Assembly: GCA_042408215.1 (NCBI GenBank)
Contig: JAYFMW010000020.1
Span: 576,001 to 640,000, forward strand
Direction: 5' to 3'
DNA: 64,000 bases
Origin: Microcoleus sp.
GTDB lineage: Bacteria > Cyanobacteriota > Cyanobacteriia > Cyanobacteriales > Microcoleaceae
Shown: piece by piece, positions 61,646 to 64,000 of the stretch
Layout: each line of letters starts with the position of its first letter
Position numbering within the stretch: the stretch's first letter is position 1
Translations under genes and position numbers: made by a program
The notes under the pieces: model-generated
Told to the model about the DNA's origin: nothing
What the model saw: only the letters and a program-made list of their open reading frames with translations
Databases searched by the model: none

Positions 61646-62971
61646 ATGCTCAAATTAGTTGACCCAACTCTGAATTTATTTAGCTACACTCTTAAACAAG
61701 GGTTGGGTGTCGGCGAACCGGAAACTCGCAAAGTTTACCACAGATTTTTAGAGGGTTTGTCTGAACAACTTCACCAAAAGCTGAATGTTTCTTTTACCCC
61801 TGAAAATAAACAAAAATTTCTGGCGCTAAATGAGGTAAAAGTAGCCGATTTACCTTTTACTGGAAACCTGAATAATCAGCAAGTGAAGGGCCGCTATCGC
61901 CGCTGGAATGTTAGCGATAATTATCAACTTTTACTTGATGGCTATGTGGATGGTGAGTATCAAGCTGACCAAGTTATTAAATTGATTGAAAGTTTGCAAT
62001 CTTTAATTCCTGAACCGCCGAAGTTGGAAAATATCGGCAAAACTTGGATGCTTTCGGGGTGGCTGGAATCTGGGACTAATTTGGAAGCGACAGAATTTGC
62101 AAAACTGGTTTACAAGTGTTTGTTTGAAAAAGATGGTGTTTCTCAGGGAAGCGGTGAGTTTTTAGGTGGGAAAGTAGTTGAGTTTTGGGGTGATAAGATT
62201 GAGGATAATTGTCAACTGTTGGTAATTTTATATCCCGATGAAGCTGCTTGTCAGGAATGCAGTGATTTTTATTTAAATTGGTTGGATTTGCTGTGCTTCC
62301 GCCATAAAATTATCTGGGCTTATGAGAAAAGTCTACTTTTAAAGGATCGATTGGTGAGTAATTACAACGAAATTGTGGAGATGAGGAATACTTCTCGACT
62401 CAATCTCCAGAAGCTGATGGATGCGATGGGGAAATTGTCTGATTTTGCGATCGACCTTAATTACCTGGAGTTGCAATATAGTACAATTAAGGTGAATCTG
62501 GAAAAGTACGAGAATAAGCTGGTAGAAATTCAAGCTAAGGCTAAGCCTACTGATGATTTGCAGTTTTTGCAGGATTTTTGCGACAAGGCTAAACAACATT
62601 ATCCCAAACAAATCCAAAAAGATATTGACAATTTTCGTCCTTGTTTGGAAATTTTGCAGAGTCTGACTGATACCATTAGAGGTACGGTTGAGATTCGGAA
62701 AGCTGAGAGCGATCGCAATTTTCAAGCAGTTGTCGGTATAGTCGGAGTTGGGCTGTCTACTGGCGGCACGGTAGCCTCTGCGGCTGCTGGTTTCCCAACG
62801 GAAATACAAGCAAATCATACTATCAATACTGCCATAAATACCTTGGTGCCAATTTTTGAGCCTGGTTCTGGATTGAGGGTAATTCTGGGATTTAGTATTC
62901 TATCTGGGGTAGCCGCTAGTCTGGTGACAGCGATAATTATAGCTGTGTGGCCGCGCATTTTTCGGCGTTAG
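61646..62971 (+). CDS. Hypothetical protein: soluble N-domain, long helical stalk, two C-terminal TM helices
   Basis: 441 aa; hydrophobic segments VVGIVGVGL... and VILGFSILSGVAASLVTAIIIAVW. Confidence 0.8.
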   Translation: MLKLVDPTLNLFSYTLKQGLGVGEPETRKVYHRFLEGLSEQLHQKLNVSFTPENKQKFLALNEVKVADLPFTGNLNNQQVKGRYRRWNVSDNYQLLLDGYVDGEYQADQVIKLIESLQSLIPEPPKLENIGKTWMLSGWLESGTNLEATEFAKLVYKCLFEKDGVSQGSGEFLGGKVVEFWGDKIEDNCQLLVILYPDEAACQECSDFYLNWLDLLCFRHKIIWAYEKSLLLKDRLVSNYNEIVEMRNTSRLNLQKLMDAMGKLSDFAIDLNYLELQYSTIKVNLEKYENKLVEIQAKAKPTDDLQFLQDFCDKAKQHYPKQIQKDIDNFRPCLEILQSLTDTIRGTVEIRKAESDRNFQAVVGIVGVGLSTGGTVASAAAGFPTEIQANHTINTAINTLVPIFEPGSGLRVILGFSILSGVAASLVTAIIIAVWPRIFRR

Positions 62972-63097
62972 TTTCGGCGATTAGGAATTACGCAGGAGGC
63001 GAGAAACCGGGTTTCGACCTAGATATCTAGTTGAGAATCTGCGATTTTTCAGAGAAACCCGGTTTCTTCAAGAAACCGGGTTTTTTAAGACAATTAC

Positions 63098-64000
63098 CTA
63101 ACTTTTACCGTTGGCGTTACCATTTCCGCTAGTTAGCAAAACCCGCTTGGCTAAAGGTTCTGGTACTTCTTGTAAACGATCGAACTCCCAATTGAAAAAG
63201 CCGACTCCCATTGTTTGCGATCGCAATTCGACGATCGTATCCTGCATTTCTGCTAGCGGCACATAAGCTGTAACTGTATCCCATCCTTTCCAGTTGGATT
63301 TTCCTTCGTAGCCGAGAATTTGACCGCGGCGACCGCTCACCAATTGCAGCACCTTTGAGGTAAACTCGTTCGGAGCGTGAATTTCCACTTTGGCGATCGG
63401 CTCCAGCAGCACCGGTTCACATTTCGCCATCCCTTCCTGCATCGCTAAACGCGCAGCCTGCTTAAACGCTTGTTCGGAACTGTCAACGGTGTGATAGGAA
63501 CCGTTTGTTAGCGTCACCGCTACGTCTACCACTGGGAAACCGAGGGGGCCGCGATCGAGATATTCGCGCACACCGACTTCAACGCCGGGAATGTACTGTT
63601 TGGGCACGACTCCGCCGACTATTTTGTCGCTGAAATTGAAGCCTTCTCCCCGTGGCTGCGGTTGAATGTCGAGGTAGACGTCGCCAAATTGTCCGTGCCC
63701 GCCGCTTTGGTGTTTGTAGCGCCCGTGGATCGAAGATGCTGGTTTGCGGATGGTTTCTTTGTACGGCACTTGTGGTAAGTGAGTTGTCATTGGCAGGTTA
63801 TACTTACGGCGCAACCTGTCTAAAGCTACTTTCAGGTGGATTTCGCCTTGACCCCAAAGTATAATTTCGTGAGTGTCGCCGTGTTGCTGCCAAACTAAAG
63901 ATGGGTCTTCTTCGAGCAATTTGGCTAGGGCGCTGCTGAGTTTAACTTCGTCGTTGCGTTTTTCTGGGGCGATCGCCAATGCGTACACCGGTGACATAAG
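63098..64000 (-). CDS. Elongation factor G paralog (EF-G2-like), C-terminal part; 5' end outside the window
   Basis: EEDPSL, GQGEIHL, QVPYKETI, QSGGHGQFG, GSYHTVDSS, LLEPI. Confidence 0.93.
   Translation of the reverse strand, partial: LMSPVYALAIAPEKRNDEVKLSSALAKLLEEDPSLVWQQHGDTHEIILWGQGEIHLKVALDRLRRKYNLPMTTHLPQVPYKETIRKPASSIHGRYKHQSGGHGQFGDVYLDIQPQPRGEGFNFSDKIVGGVVPKQYIPGVEVGVREYLDRGPLGFPVVDVAVTLTNGSYHTVDSSEQAFKQAARLAMQEGMAKCEPVLLEPIAKVEIHAPNEFTSKVLQLVSGRRGQILGYEGKSNWKGWDTVTAYVPLAEMQDTIVELRSQTMGVGFFNWEFDRLQEVPEPLAKRVLLTSGNGNANGKS

Noticed and set aside
1..64000. tRNA, rRNA or prophage
   Set aside because: No cloverleaf, rRNA-like or phage structural sequence recognised by eye; tRNAscan-SE and Infernal would be needed to exclude them formally.

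Overview
This is a cyanobacterial chromosome segment, most likely from a filamentous Oscillatoriales (Microcoleus/Tychonema-like) genome. That placement is inferred from the very frequent HIP1 octamer GCGATCGC, heptameric STRR tracts, and photosystem genes. The backbone is housekeeping: psbB-psbT-nrdR-rps1, tsaD, psaF-psaJ, ilvN, argJ, gifA, an RND pump, peptide and ABC-2 transporters, ppk2/pap, glutaminase, petP, an ArsA/GET3-like ATPase and an EF-G paralog. Two large sensor kinases are also present. The accessory content is more interesting. (1) There is a set of IS200/IS605 and IS607-type OMEGA elements: a canonical tnpB IS that precisely splits a host gene, two ORF-less IS605 mini-elements, an IS607-like orphan omegaRNA cassette, and an atypical TnpB-like gene (no RuvC-III Asp, extra RuvC-I Asp, no Zn finger) followed by a ~230-nt structured RNA just upstream of gifA. 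(2) A second, short gifA paralog missed by the ORF track follows gifA. (3) A TPR-CHAT protease / small protein / 2-TM protein trio contains a 95-bp tandem array. (4) A giant DUF4347-Ig-RTX gene has its premature stop exactly at the centre of a 51-bp palindrome. Several indels look like mixed-allele consensus errors. No rRNA, tRNA or CRISPR array was recognised.
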